Origin: Bacilli bacterium
GTDB taxonomy: Bacteria; Bacillota_I; Bacilli_A; RFN20; CAG-826
DNA: 64,000 nt
Reading direction: 5' to 3'
NCBI GenBank assembly: GCA_045598525.1
Contig: JAZLMH010000012.1
Span: forward strand, 4,154 to 68,153
Shown here one piece after another: positions 1-11,893 of the stretch. Each line of letters starts with the position of its first letter. Positions within the stretch are counted from its first letter, which is position 1. The position numbers and the translations under genes are program-made. A model generated the notes under the pieces. That model was given only the letters and a program-made list of their open reading frames with translations. It had not been told where the DNA came from and did not search any database.

Positions 1-112
1 ATGGGCGAAGCTCAACGTTTGTCTGGAAGATCTTCTTTAATGCGTCGTTAAAATAAATATCGCCTTTGACGATGTCTCTTAAGGCTTTCTGAGCTAAATC
101 AAATTCTTGCAT
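1..112 (-). CDS. 5' end of a CDS that runs off the left edge (MQEFDLAQKALRDIVKGDIYFNDALKKIFQTNVELRP...). Function not assignable; a NusB/RsmB-like N-terminus is only a guess.
   Basis: ATG at 112 with AAGGAG 8 nt upstream. The frame stays open to the window edge. It is absent from the ORF track because there is no stop in the window. Confidence 0.55.
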   Translation of the reverse strand, partial: MQEFDLAQKALRDIVKGDIYFNDALKKIFQTNVELRP

Positions 113-123
113 GTTAGTACTCC

Positions 124-699
124 TTAGTGATGATGGTGATGGTGTCCGCATGAGCAGTGATCGTGATCGCAATCGCAATCGTCGTCATCTTCGCAGTTGC
201 ACTGTTCAAGCTCTTCTTCGTGTCCTGCGAAAGCGTCGCCTAAATAAAGTTGGCTTTCGTCGTTATAGTCAAGATCGGCGCGGTCGCGTGGATCTGGCTC
301 ATCGTCATCGTATTCTTCCTCTTCGTAGTCATCATGAACGTGCATGAGGTTTTCTTGTTCAATGTATCTTGGGTATTGATCATTGAAATGCTCATAGTGA
401 TGTTCTTCTTCGAAGTAATTAAAAGTAAGCTCGATGTTGATCGAGAAACTTGAAAGTGTTTCTAAGATATAGTTTGCGACTTTCTCTTCGAAAGGCATGA
501 AGCGTCTTGGAGCGCGGACAATAACTGCTGTATGCCAGGATGTCTGTTCGACGCCTTTATGGAAAATCATGGATTGTGGGGCGGAGAAATTAACATCCTC
601 CTCCATGATTTCAAAAAGATTAGCAATGTTGCTGGTGTGGTTTCTTGAGTAGTTCCCCACGACGAACTGGTCTAAACCTAAAACGGAAATAATGATCAT
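124..699 (-). CDS. DUF1904-like (tautomerase-fold) protein with a roughly 90-aa acidic, Cys/His-rich C-terminal tail ending in HHHHHH
   Basis: The first ~100 aa have the DUF1904-like pattern (...VIVRAPRRFMPFEEKVANYILETL...IELTFNYF). The tail is ...EQCNCEDDDDCDCDHDHCSCGHHHHHH, and the stop is followed by the RBS of the next gene. Confidence 0.5.
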   Translation of the reverse strand: MIIISVLGLDQFVVGNYSRNHTSNIANLFEIMEEDVNFSAPQSMIFHKGVEQTSWHTAVIVRAPRRFMPFEEKVANYILETLSSFSINIELTFNYFEEEHHYEHFNDQYPRYIEQENLMHVHDDYEEEEYDDDEPDPRDRADLDYNDESQLYLGDAFAGHEEELEQCNCEDDDDCDCDHDHCSCGHHHHHH

Positions 700-765
700 A
701 TAATTCCTCTTAATTGAGGAAATTATAACACGAAGTCAAAAAAGGTGAATAAACTTTAGTTTAAA

Positions 766-3006
766 TTAATAATCGAGCGGATCGACGTTGACTGTGATGT
801 CCACACCGCCCATTTTTGCGTATTTTTCCAGCATTTCGCGGAGATAATTATTGATTTCTTCGCGTTTCTTGAACTTCAAAAGGAGACATCTCTTATATTT
901 GCCGTTGAACATTGAATAATATGGGGTGATTGGGCCAAGGGTGTGGAACGATTCAATTCCAAGGCCTTCGATTTCTTTTTTGAAGTCCAAGGCAGACTGC
1001 ACCGCTTTCTCTTCTTTGCTTGAACTAAATTCAAGGAGGATAAGGAAATAATATGGAGGGTATTGTGTGATCTTTCTTTGCTGCATCTCTTTGAGATAGA
1101 AAGACTTATAGTCTTGTGATGCTCCAAACTGAACTGCGTAATGGGCAGGGTTATATGTTTGGATAAGAGCTTCCCCTTCTTTCATCGAACGTCCGCTTCT
1201 ACCTACTGCTTGGGCAATAAGCTGGAATGTTCTTTCCGATGCTCTATAAGTCGGAAGGGTTAAACCGATATCAGCAAGGACGACAGACGAAAGCGTGACA
1301 AGAGGGAAATCATGCCCTTTTGCAATCATCTGAGTGCCAACCAAGATATCATATTTTCCATCATGGAATTCTTTGAGGACTTTCTCGACGTTTTTTGAGA
1401 CTTTTCCAACGTCGCTATCCATACGTGCAACGCGAACCCCAGGGAAGAGGTCTTGAATCTCTTTTACAACGCGTTCAGTGCCATATCCTACCCTACGTAA
1501 TTGGGTATTTCCGCAATCTGGGCATTGTCTAGGGTACTGCTCAACGAAGCCACAATGATGGCATTTGAGCATCGAATCTTCTTGATGGAAGGTAAGGTTT
1601 CCTCCGCATGAAGGACATGTGAAAATATGGCCACATTTCGGGCATTGAATCCCAGTCCAATAACCCCTTCTGTTTATAAGCAAAAGGACTTGCTCCTGCT
1701 TATCTAATTTCTCTTTGATTTTGTTTATCAGAGGAAGAGAAAGCTTCTCTGAAGATTTTGTGAAGTTTGCTCTATCTGTGAGGTCGATTATTTCAGTGTG
1801 TGGTAATGCTTTTGCATTAACGCGATGAGGCATCGAAGCATAGCCATAGACTCCGCGGTCTGCTCTAGCTTTGGATTCAAGGGTTGGGGTCGCGCTTCCT
1901 AAAAGGACTTTGCAACCTTCTCTTTTTCCCCTCATGATCGCCACTTCTCTAGCATGATAATAAGGCGAATTGTCTTGTTTATATGATTCGACATGTTCTT
2001 CATCGAGGATGATAAGACCAATATTCTTTAATGGAGCGAAGACCGCTGACCTAGCGCCTACGACAATCGAAGCGTTTCCTTTTGCGATTCTTCGATATTC
2101 GTCATATCTTTCCGCAGGGGTGAGCTCACTATGGAGAATTGCAACTTTTGGGCCGAAACGCCTACTAAAATATTCAACCATCCTAGGCGTGAGATTAATT
2201 TCAGGAACAAGCATAAGAACGCTTTTCCCTTCCGAAAGATATTTCTCACTTAAACGGAGATAAACTTCTGTTTTTCCTGAACCAGTAACGCCTTCGAGGA
2301 GAACAACTTCTTTATCTGATGAAAGGATATCGTCATAGGCTTTTCTTTGCTCAAAAGACATCTCGTGGCCTTCTTCTCTTTCCTCTGGCGGAATTTGGAA
2401 TCTGGCCTTCTCTTTAAGAGTTATCTTTACTCGCTTCTTCTCGATTAATTTCTCTAAAATCGATGCAGAACCCGCTTCTTTTTTAAGGATTGGGCTATTT
2501 GCTGCGACTAAACGGAGCATTTCTATTTGTTTATCCGTTAGGTCTGACTCATCACTATTTATAAGTTCAACCCATTTTTCATATGCGATTTTTGGGCCTT
2601 TGAGGGACGAGAGCTTTGGGGAAAGAGAAATAGGGAGCATCGCCTGGATGACACTTATGAACGGAGCAAAATAGTATTTAGCCACTTCATTAGCAAGTTC
2701 CATCATGTTGTCATCAACTAATGGTTCTTCATCTATGATGTCTGATTCTTTTATCTCTTTGAGGGAGAAGCCATATTCTTCTTCGAGCTCTTCGGGTGTC
2801 TTATTTGTTTCATGGACACCTAAAACGAAACCCATGACTAATTGATTAGCAAAAGATATCTTCACTCGGAAGCGTGGTTCCACTCTTTTAGTTCCTTTAT
2901 AAATGTAGCTAAAAGTGTGATCTAAGGCTCTAGCGCCATATTCGGTTAAAACATCGATTATCTTCACAATATTTATTTTAGCAAATCTATAAGATTTTTT
3001 CCTCAA
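766..3006 (-). CDS. priA: primosomal protein N' (replication restart helicase PriA)
   Basis: Walker A GVTGSGKTEVY, DEEH box, and a Cys-rich zinc-binding insert (CPKCG...CPSCG...CHHCG...CPDCG). The TTG start at 3006 is uncertain; a GTG at 2967 is possible. Confidence 0.93.
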   Translation of the reverse strand: MRKKSYRFAKINIVKIIDVLTEYGARALDHTFSYIYKGTKRVEPRFRVKISFANQLVMGFVLGVHETNKTPEELEEEYGFSLKEIKESDIIDEEPLVDDNMMELANEVAKYYFAPFISVIQAMLPISLSPKLSSLKGPKIAYEKWVELINSDESDLTDKQIEMLRLVAANSPILKKEAGSASILEKLIEKKRVKITLKEKARFQIPPEEREEGHEMSFEQRKAYDDILSSDKEVVLLEGVTGSGKTEVYLRLSEKYLSEGKSVLMLVPEINLTPRMVEYFSRRFGPKVAILHSELTPAERYDEYRRIAKGNASIVVGARSAVFAPLKNIGLIILDEEHVESYKQDNSPYYHAREVAIMRGKREGCKVLLGSATPTLESKARADRGVYGYASMPHRVNAKALPHTEIIDLTDRANFTKSSEKLSLPLINKIKEKLDKQEQVLLLINRRGYWTGIQCPKCGHIFTCPSCGGNLTFHQEDSMLKCHHCGFVEQYPRQCPDCGNTQLRRVGYGTERVVKEIQDLFPGVRVARMDSDVGKVSKNVEKVLKEFHDGKYDILVGTQMIAKGHDFPLVTLSSVVLADIGLTLPTYRASERTFQLIAQAVGRSGRSMKEGEALIQTYNPAHYAVQFGASQDYKSFYLKEMQQRKITQYPPYYFLILLEFSSSKEEKAVQSALDFKKEIEGLGIESFHTLGPITPYYSMFNGKYKRCLLLKFKKREEINNYLREMLEKYAKMGGVDITVNVDPLDY

Positions 3007-3110
3007 ATGTTTCTATCTTTATCTCTCCGATGCTTACCAATCTAAAAATGCCCCTACTTTCAAAACTAATGTGCCTAATGCTAGGTTAGCAATACATTGT
3101 CATTCAATCT

Positions 3111-3195
3111 TACCTTCCAAATATATGCAATTTTTTATTTATATATCTTCGATTTTTATGTATATTTTCAAATCTAGACCTTCCAATTTTATGCA
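3111..3195. repeat. two 18-nt direct repeats, ACCTTCCAAATATATGCA (3112-3129) and ACCTTCCAATTTTATGCA (3178-3195)
   Basis: Read directly; 16/18 identical. The second copy ends 6 nt upstream of the -35 of the AAA+ ATPase promoter. Confidence 0.6.
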
Positions 3196-3201
3196 TTAAT
3201 C

Positions 3202-3229
3202 TTGAAAAAACTTAGTTTTAGCCTATAAT
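3202..3229 (+). promoter_or_regulatory. sigma-70-type promoter TTGAAA-N16-TATAAT
   Basis: Near-consensus hexamers 24 nt upstream of GGAGG (3239-3243) and the ATG at 3253. Confidence 0.55.
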
Positions 3230-3252
3230 CTAAATGCCGGAGGTCCGATAAA

Positions 3253-4584
3253 ATGCTAAAGAGAAAAATGTATCAGCAATTGTTAGATTTCAAGCAAAAA
3301 AGAAAAAGCGGAACATATAAAAAAGGGCTGTTTATTAAAGGCGCAAGGCAAGTCGGCAAAACTTATTTGATAGAGAAGTTTGGCGAAAATGAATATGAGT
3401 CGTGTATTGAAATTAATTTTGTTAAGCAAAAAGAATTAAAAGAGATTTTTACTGGTGAACTGTCTGCTGATGAAATAATCAAAAGATTAACATCAAGAAT
3501 TCACAACATAAAAATTATTCCAGGAAACACCCTCCTGTTTTTAGATGAGATACAAAAATCCGGCGCGGCGCGTACCGCGATTAAATTTTTGGCCGAAGAC
3601 AATAGAATCGACGTTATTGCATCCGGGTCATTATTGGGGTTGGCATATTGGCAAGATGATGACAAAGATGTTGAGGAACCTGATTCCATACCTGTTGGCT
3701 ATGAGGATTCAATAACAATGTATTCAATGGATTTTGAAGAATTCTTATGGGCAAACGGATATGAAGAAGAGGCAATAGACTTATTAAAAGAATATTATGA
3801 GTCAGGTAGCGCCGTCCCAAACCCAATCCACAATAAATACGAAGAACTTTTCAGAGAGTTTATGGTTGTTGGAGGAATGCCTGAAGCAGTCGATCATTTC
3901 GTAAAGAATAAAGACTACAATGAAGTCCAGCAAATACAAGACCGAATCATAGCGGATTACAAAGATGATATAGCCAAACACGCCGTCCGTGCTGAAAAAA
4001 TTAAGGTCAGGGCATGCTATGATGCAATTCCTAAACAGCTTGCTAAGGAATTGAAAAAATTCCAATTCTCCACCGTCGAAAAAGGCCAAACAAGCAGAAA
4101 ATACGGTGACAGTGTTCAATGGTTGCTCGACTCGGCTTTGGTCAATGGCTGTTATAGGGTGTGTGAACCTTTTTTGCCTCTAGTTGCTAATTCCGACAAA
4201 AATTACTATAAACTTTACATCAATGATACGGGGCTTCTTTGTGCAATGTATGGCTTTGAGACCAAACTGGCGATTTTGAATAACACAATTAAAGGCAACG
4301 CAAAAGGCGGAGTATATGAGAACGTTGTATCTGAATCTCTCATTAAAAAAGGTTACAAACTTCACTTTTACAGGCCAGATGACAATAGAGAAATTGAATT
4401 TTTGATCGAAAAAAACGGTGAGGTCTTGCCTATAGAAGTCAAAGCTAGCAATAGCGGCACAACTTCATTGGATCTGTATATTCAAGATTTTGAACCTTCA
4501 TTTGGATTTAAACTTGTATCAACTGGAAATGGTGTTCTAAACAAAAAAAGGACAATTCCTCATTACATGGTGCTTTTCATATAA
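3253..4584 (+). CDS. AAA+ ATPase of the AAA_14/DUF4143 family
   Basis: Walker A GARQVGKTYL, Walker B LLFLDEIQ, and a C-terminal DUF4143-like region. Strong RBS. Oriented opposite to both neighbours. Confidence 0.8.
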   Translation: MLKRKMYQQLLDFKQKRKSGTYKKGLFIKGARQVGKTYLIEKFGENEYESCIEINFVKQKELKEIFTGELSADEIIKRLTSRIHNIKIIPGNTLLFLDEIQKSGAARTAIKFLAEDNRIDVIASGSLLGLAYWQDDDKDVEEPDSIPVGYEDSITMYSMDFEEFLWANGYEEEAIDLLKEYYESGSAVPNPIHNKYEELFREFMVVGGMPEAVDHFVKNKDYNEVQQIQDRIIADYKDDIAKHAVRAEKIKVRACYDAIPKQLAKELKKFQFSTVEKGQTSRKYGDSVQWLLDSALVNGCYRVCEPFLPLVANSDKNYYKLYINDTGLLCAMYGFETKLAILNNTIKGNAKGGVYENVVSESLIKKGYKLHFYRPDDNREIEFLIEKNGEVLPIEVKASNSGTTSLDLYIQDFEPSFGFKLVSTGNGVLNKKRTIPHYMVLFI

Positions 4585-4597
4585 AAAAGAGACTTTG

Positions 4598-5173
4598 TTA
4601 AGCCTCTAATTCTTTTTTGATTATATCGATGATCTCCTTGGCGGTTCTATCGACGTCGTCGTTTATGACGTTGTATTTGTAATTGTCTTTTAACGCGATC
4701 TCGTCTCTTGCCTGCTGGAGTCTTCTTTGGATTGTTTCCTCGTCTTCAGTGCAGCGTCCTCTGATTCTGCTTTCGAGTTCTTCAAGAGATGGAGGGAGGA
4801 TGAAGAATGTTATGACACCTTCGTCGCCTTGAGTCTTTCTTAAAACGTGGGTTGCTCCATGGACATCGATTTCCATAAGGACATTATCCCCTGCTTCGCG
4901 ATGTTCATTGATTGGATCAAGAGGCGTTCCGTATGAATGGCCGACATAACGGTTCCATTCAAGGAGCTTGCCATTATTCATCATGTCATCAAATTCTTCT
5001 TGGGAGATGAACCAGTATTCTCTGCCATGTTGTTCCCCTGCTCTCATTTTGCGGGTAGTAACAGATACAGAAAAATAAAGTTTAAGCTCTTCGCTTTCCA
5101 TTACCTTTTGACGAATGGTTCCTTTGCCGACGCCAGATGGGCCGGACATGATGATAAGCAAACCTTTTTTCAT
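4598..5173 (-). CDS. gmk: guanylate kinase
   Basis: P-loop GPSGVGKGT and TTR...E..G..Y.F motifs; typical length of 191 aa. Confidence 0.93.
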   Translation of the reverse strand: MKKGLLIIMSGPSGVGKGTIRQKVMESEELKLYFSVSVTTRKMRAGEQHGREYWFISQEEFDDMMNNGKLLEWNRYVGHSYGTPLDPINEHREAGDNVLMEIDVHGATHVLRKTQGDEGVITFFILPPSLEELESRIRGRCTEDEETIQRRLQQARDEIALKDNYKYNVINDDVDRTAKEIIDIIKKELEA

Positions 5174-5328
5174 ATTGGTGCAATTATACTCAAAAATGTA
5201 ATTTGAAGCAACATGAAACCGCTTAATCTATAGGAATCATCGATATTTTTCGAAGATTCATTTTCTTTACAATCTATTTTGAATGTTGAGGAGTCTAGTT
5301 TTCTTGTTTGTGCTACAATAATTAAGGT

Positions 5329-6747
5329 ATGAAACCATTAACAAAAACCGACATTGAAAAATATGCCTCGTATTTAAACGAGAAGATCGTAGGTAGGCAC
5401 ATTTCTAGTCCTATCTTATACACCGACAAAGTCGTGTTTTTCCGTTTATCTGGTCAACCTTACTCTCGTTTAGCGATTGTTCTAGATGAAGAAGCGCCTC
5501 GCATATACATGGCCCCAGAAGGAGTCGGTGTTACCTCTCTTAGTTCCCACTTCTTCGATCAGTTCAAGAAAGAAATGGTTAACCCATATATCGAATCGGT
5601 CAAGGCTTTTGGCAATGACAGAATCCTTAAAATCTCGATGCTTGTAATCAATAACGTTTTCAAAGAAGAAAGACGAAATCTATATTTAGAAATGTTCCCT
5701 CATCATGTGAACATGATTCTTACCGATAACGAGAACAAGATAACTCTTGCTTATAAGACTGGGCATCTAGGGGAAGATAGACCTATGCTTCGTGGACTCA
5801 TCTATGAAGCCCCTAAAGGTAATGACTTTGTTGCAAAACCTTCGACATTTGATGCATCGATTTATGAAAAAGAATGCCTTTTTGCTGAAGAAATCCTTGC
5901 AAATAAGCGCAAAGCGGACAGATTCTCATATTTAATCAAATCGCTTAAGAACAGAAAAAAGCTTCTTGAGAGAAAGCTTATCTCTTTAGATAAAGACATA
6001 GAGGGAGCGAAAGAACATCTTGATGATGGCCGCTTTGGTGATGCCATCTATATGTGCTTCGATGAGATTGAACCAAAGGCTACTTCCTTTGTTTATGAAG
6101 GCGAAGAAATAAAACTTGACCCTTCTAAAAATGCTGCAATGAATGCCAATCAGTATTACAAAAAAGCCAAAAAGGCAAAGATGACCATGGTTCAAGCTGA
6201 ACTCAATAAAGAAAAGGCGAAGAAAGAAATCGAAGATGTCTCTTTGTCTCTTACACAGTTAGAGCATGCTGATGAGGCCGGATTAGAACTTCTTGCTAAA
6301 GATTTAGATATCGCAATCGTTAATCAAAACAAAAAGAAACATAGCGATAAATGGAACGGCTTATCTTCCGCCTCTCTCCCTTACTTTATAGAGTATAAGG
6401 GAACAAAGATTCTATACGGAAAGAATCAAAAGCAAAATGACTGCTTAACTTTCCTTTTTGAAACAGCAAAAGAACACCTCTGGTTACATGTAATGGGCAA
6501 TTCTGGATCTCATGTTGTGATCAAGAAGGATAATCCAGCGGAAGATGAAATTAAAGTTGCAGCCGAAGTTGCGTTAATAAACTCTCACCAGGAAGAAGGC
6601 GAAGTCATGATCGCCTATAGAAAAGACGTAAGAAAAGGCAACGTTCCTGGACAAGCCATTGTAAAAACCTTCAAAACGTATAGACTTAATAAAGTTTCTA
6701 GAGAAACCAAGCAATTGGTTGAAGAAGCTAGAAAGTACGCATTCTAA
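5329..6747 (+). CDS. rqcH: NFACT-family ribosome quality control protein (RqcH/FbpA-like), a short 472-aa form
   Basis: NFACT-N with the DR motif (FGNDRILKI), a central Lys-rich coiled coil, and NFACT-R/DUF814 (LHVMGNSGSHVVIK). Confidence 0.78.
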   Translation: MKPLTKTDIEKYASYLNEKIVGRHISSPILYTDKVVFFRLSGQPYSRLAIVLDEEAPRIYMAPEGVGVTSLSSHFFDQFKKEMVNPYIESVKAFGNDRILKISMLVINNVFKEERRNLYLEMFPHHVNMILTDNENKITLAYKTGHLGEDRPMLRGLIYEAPKGNDFVAKPSTFDASIYEKECLFAEEILANKRKADRFSYLIKSLKNRKKLLERKLISLDKDIEGAKEHLDDGRFGDAIYMCFDEIEPKATSFVYEGEEIKLDPSKNAAMNANQYYKKAKKAKMTMVQAELNKEKAKKEIEDVSLSLTQLEHADEAGLELLAKDLDIAIVNQNKKKHSDKWNGLSSASLPYFIEYKGTKILYGKNQKQNDCLTFLFETAKEHLWLHVMGNSGSHVVIKKDNPAEDEIKVAAEVALINSHQEEGEVMIAYRKDVRKGNVPGQAIVKTFKTYRLNKVSRETKQLVEEARKYAF

Positions 6748-6748
6748 T

Positions 6749-7666
6749 ATGAAGAAGAAACTAATCCTTGGAGCCTTGCTCCCTCTAATGTGCCTCGCTT
6801 CCTGCAAAGGAGAAGCTTTTGCATATAAGCAATTAGACTTATCTAAAGACTATATTTTATATAGAAGCATGGATGCTGAATACGAATCCGATGTTACCGG
6901 AGACACGTACTATAAGACAAAATTAGTCTTCACCACTATCGAGAATGTCATAGAGACGGTCGAATGGGGAGAAGATGTAATGCTTCTTTTCTATGGAGAA
7001 GACTGCGGACCATGCCAGGAAGTTATTCCAAGTCTTGTCAAAGATATCGCATATTTGAAATTAACGATATACGTTATCAATGAAAATACCGCTATGAGCG
7101 CAGCGACACTAAACCGTTATATTGCTGAGAACCATATTAAGAAAATGACATCGGCAGTTATTAATGGTGGCACCCCTTCTCTTTATCTTTTAAACAATAA
7201 GAAGATAACGGAAGTCTTCTATGGATCTAAAGGCGATAAAACTACGGATATAGTTTTCAACGCTTTAAAAGAATACACGACATGCTGCGGATTAATTTAT
7301 GGTTCAGCTGATTTAGGAAGAATTGGCGATTCAAACATCCCAACTTACATCCTTGATAAAAGGAAGCCAGGTAGCACTGGTTATTATTATCAAAACGTTT
7401 TCCCTCTTGCTAAGCGAAGTTCAAAACGTTTCCAAGTCCTAGATGTTTCAAAAGTGGAAAAGGATAGTATAAAAAACACAATTCTTGAACACTTTGGAAT
7501 TAATAGAAGTGTTACCCAGAACTGGAGTTTAGAATCCTTTGATGGATGGATTGTCTATGAGCAAACTTATAGCGCAGGAAATGGAGCGGTCGGTATTAGA
7601 TTAGGCCGCATGCACTACACCGACGCCACTACATCAGATTGGTTAATAGATTACTTCAAAAATTAA
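6749..7666 (+). CDS. lipoprotein with a thioredoxin-fold CGPC domain (extracytoplasmic thiol-disulfide oxidoreductase candidate)
   Basis: Lipobox MKKKLILGALLPLMCLASC at the ATG at 6749; the ORF-track start at 6719 overlaps the rqcH end. Contains LLFYGEDCGPCQEVIP. Confidence 0.7.
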   Translation: MKKKLILGALLPLMCLASCKGEAFAYKQLDLSKDYILYRSMDAEYESDVTGDTYYKTKLVFTTIENVIETVEWGEDVMLLFYGEDCGPCQEVIPSLVKDIAYLKLTIYVINENTAMSAATLNRYIAENHIKKMTSAVINGGTPSLYLLNNKKITEVFYGSKGDKTTDIVFNALKEYTTCCGLIYGSADLGRIGDSNIPTYILDKRKPGSTGYYYQNVFPLAKRSSKRFQVLDVSKVEKDSIKNTILEHFGINRSVTQNWSLESFDGWIVYEQTYSAGNGAVGIRLGRMHYTDATTSDWLIDYFKN

Positions 7667-7668
7667 AA

Positions 7669-7694
7669 AAGAGGCTGCAAATTAAGCCTCTTTT
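7669..7694. terminator. bidirectional intrinsic terminator between convergent genes
   Basis: Hairpin AGAGGCT-7 nt loop-AGCCTCT, flanked by an A-run on the 5' side and a T-run on the 3' side. Confidence 0.7.
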
Positions 7695-7715
7695 TCATAT
7701 TTAATGTGGATTTTG

Positions 7716-8080
7716 CTACTGCTTTTGGGCTAATTTGACTTCAGCCTGTTTGACTTCCTTCTCTTCAAGATTGATTTTGAAAGATGGTCCTTCTGCAAGT
7801 TTAAGCGCTTCTTCGTAAGAGGAAGCCTCCACAGCATTTTCAGTAACTACGATGACTTTGTTATCTGGTTTCACTTCTAAAGCGCCATGCTTAACTGCGA
7901 AAAACCTAGGGAAGGTCACTTCCTTGATTTTAATGACACCACTTTGTTTAAGCTGACCTAAATATGGTGTATGTCCTGGATAGATGCCAATTGGGCCATT
8001 TCCTAAAGGAAAATATGCCTCAGAGACATCGCCTTGGTAAACAACCCCATTAGGTGAAAGGATAACTAAATTCAAAGTCA

Positions 8081-8081
<1 letters not shown>
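7716..8081 (-). CDS. atpC: F1 ATP synthase subunit epsilon
   Basis: Last gene of the atp operon; its ATG overlaps the atpD stop (TAATG). Epsilon-like N-terminal beta domain (LVILSPNGVVYQG). Confidence 0.88.
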
Positions 8082-10370
<2,289 letters not shown>

Positions 10371-10371
<1 letters not shown>

Positions 10372-11879
10372 TATGCTTGTTTAGACTCCTTGTATTCTTT
10401 GATTGCTAATTTGAGATTATCCATAAGTTCGTCACTGAACATTTTCTTTTCGTTAAGCTCATCGATGATTTCCTTATGGGAATCTTGAATATATTCGTAC
10501 ATTCCTTTAAGGAATGGTCCGACTTCTGGAAGAGAGAGGTCATCAAGGAAACCCTTGTTGACTGCGAAGAGCTCAACGATTTCCTGAATCATGTTCATTG
10601 GTGCCCAGTTGACTTGCTTAAGAGCTTCTGTGACAACCGCGCCATGAGTGAGAATCTTCTTTGTTTCTGCGTCTAAGTCACTACCAAACTGGGAGAAAGA
10701 TAAGTTCTCGCGGTAGTTAGCAAGTTCGATCTTTAGACTGCTTGCGACTTGCTTCATTGCCTTAATCTGAGCGCTGGAACCAACACGGGAAACAGAAAGA
10801 CCTGAATCGACGGCTGGACGCTGACCTGAAGCGAAGAAGTCACTGACTAAGAAGATCTGGCCATCTGTGATGGAAATGATGTTTGTTGGGATATATGCGG
10901 AGATATCGCCTGCCTGCGTCTCAACAATTGGAAGAGCGGTGATAGAACCTCCACCATATTCTGGTGAAAGGCGGCATGCTCTTTCAAGTAATCTTGAGTG
11001 GAGATAGAAGATATCGCCTGGGTAAGCTTCACGGCCTGGAGCTCTTCTTAAAAGAAGGGAAAGGGCACGATAAGCGACTGCGTGTTTGGAAAGGTCGTCA
11101 AAGATGATAAGGACATCTTCACCGTTTTCCATCCACTCTTCTGCCATGGCCATACCGGCAAATGGAGCAATATATTGCTGAGGAGCTGGCTGTGATGCAC
11201 TTGCGTTAACGACTGTGACATAGTCGAAGCATCCTCTTGTTTTGAGTTTGTTTACGATACCTGCAATTGTTGAGTTCTTTTGACCAATGGCAACATAGAC
11301 ACATTTCATGTTCTTGCCTTTTTGGTTAACGATGGTGTCGATGGCAATGGAGGTCTTGCCTGTCTGACGGTCACCGATGATAAGTTCACGTTGTCCACGT
11401 CCAATTGGGATCATGGAGTCAATTGCTTTAATGCCTGTTTCGCATGGGACGTTAACTGATTTTCTTGTCATAACGCCTGGAGCGATTCTTTCGATTGGGC
11501 GGGTTTTGGTATATGTGATTTGGCCTGCATCGTCTAATGGTGTACCAAGAGGAGAGACGACTCTTCCGAGTAATCCGTCGCCTACTGGGACTTCAACGAC
11601 TTTGCCTGTGCGTTTGACTGTATCGCCTTCCTTGATTTCCAAATCGGCTCCAAGGAGGACGGCGCCGACATCATCAAGGTTGAGGTTCATGACCATACCA
11701 TAAACGTCATGAGGGAAAAGAAGAAGCTCGCCAACCATGGCGTTCTTAAGCCCAAAGATTGTGGCAATGCCGTCACCTACTGCGATAACAGTACCGACGT
11801 CACTGTTTTCCATCTCGTTTTCGTATCCTTTGATTTGCTCTTTGATAAGAGCGCTAATCTCATTTGGATTTAATTTCAT
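10371..11879 (-). CDS. atpA: F1 ATP synthase subunit alpha
   Basis: [12 protein letters not shown]-loop and the [18 protein letters not shown] motif. Confidence 0.97.
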
Positions 11880-11893
11880 AAATAACCTCCTCG

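Noticed and set aside
124-141. The terminal HHHHHH could be an engineered affinity tag, implying a synthetic or vector-derived sequence.
   Set aside because: It uses mixed CAC/CAT codons. It is preceded by a native-looking Cys/His/Asp cluster rather than a linker such as LE or a protease site. It is followed by the RBS and start of the next chromosomal gene, with no vector-like sequence nearby.
4585-4597. Missing rpoZ/coaBC between gmk and priA, possibly as an unannotated small ORF.
   Set aside because: The gmk stop and the AAA+ gene stop are only 13 nt apart, and no omega-like ORF exists in 3007-3252. These genes are simply not at this locus.
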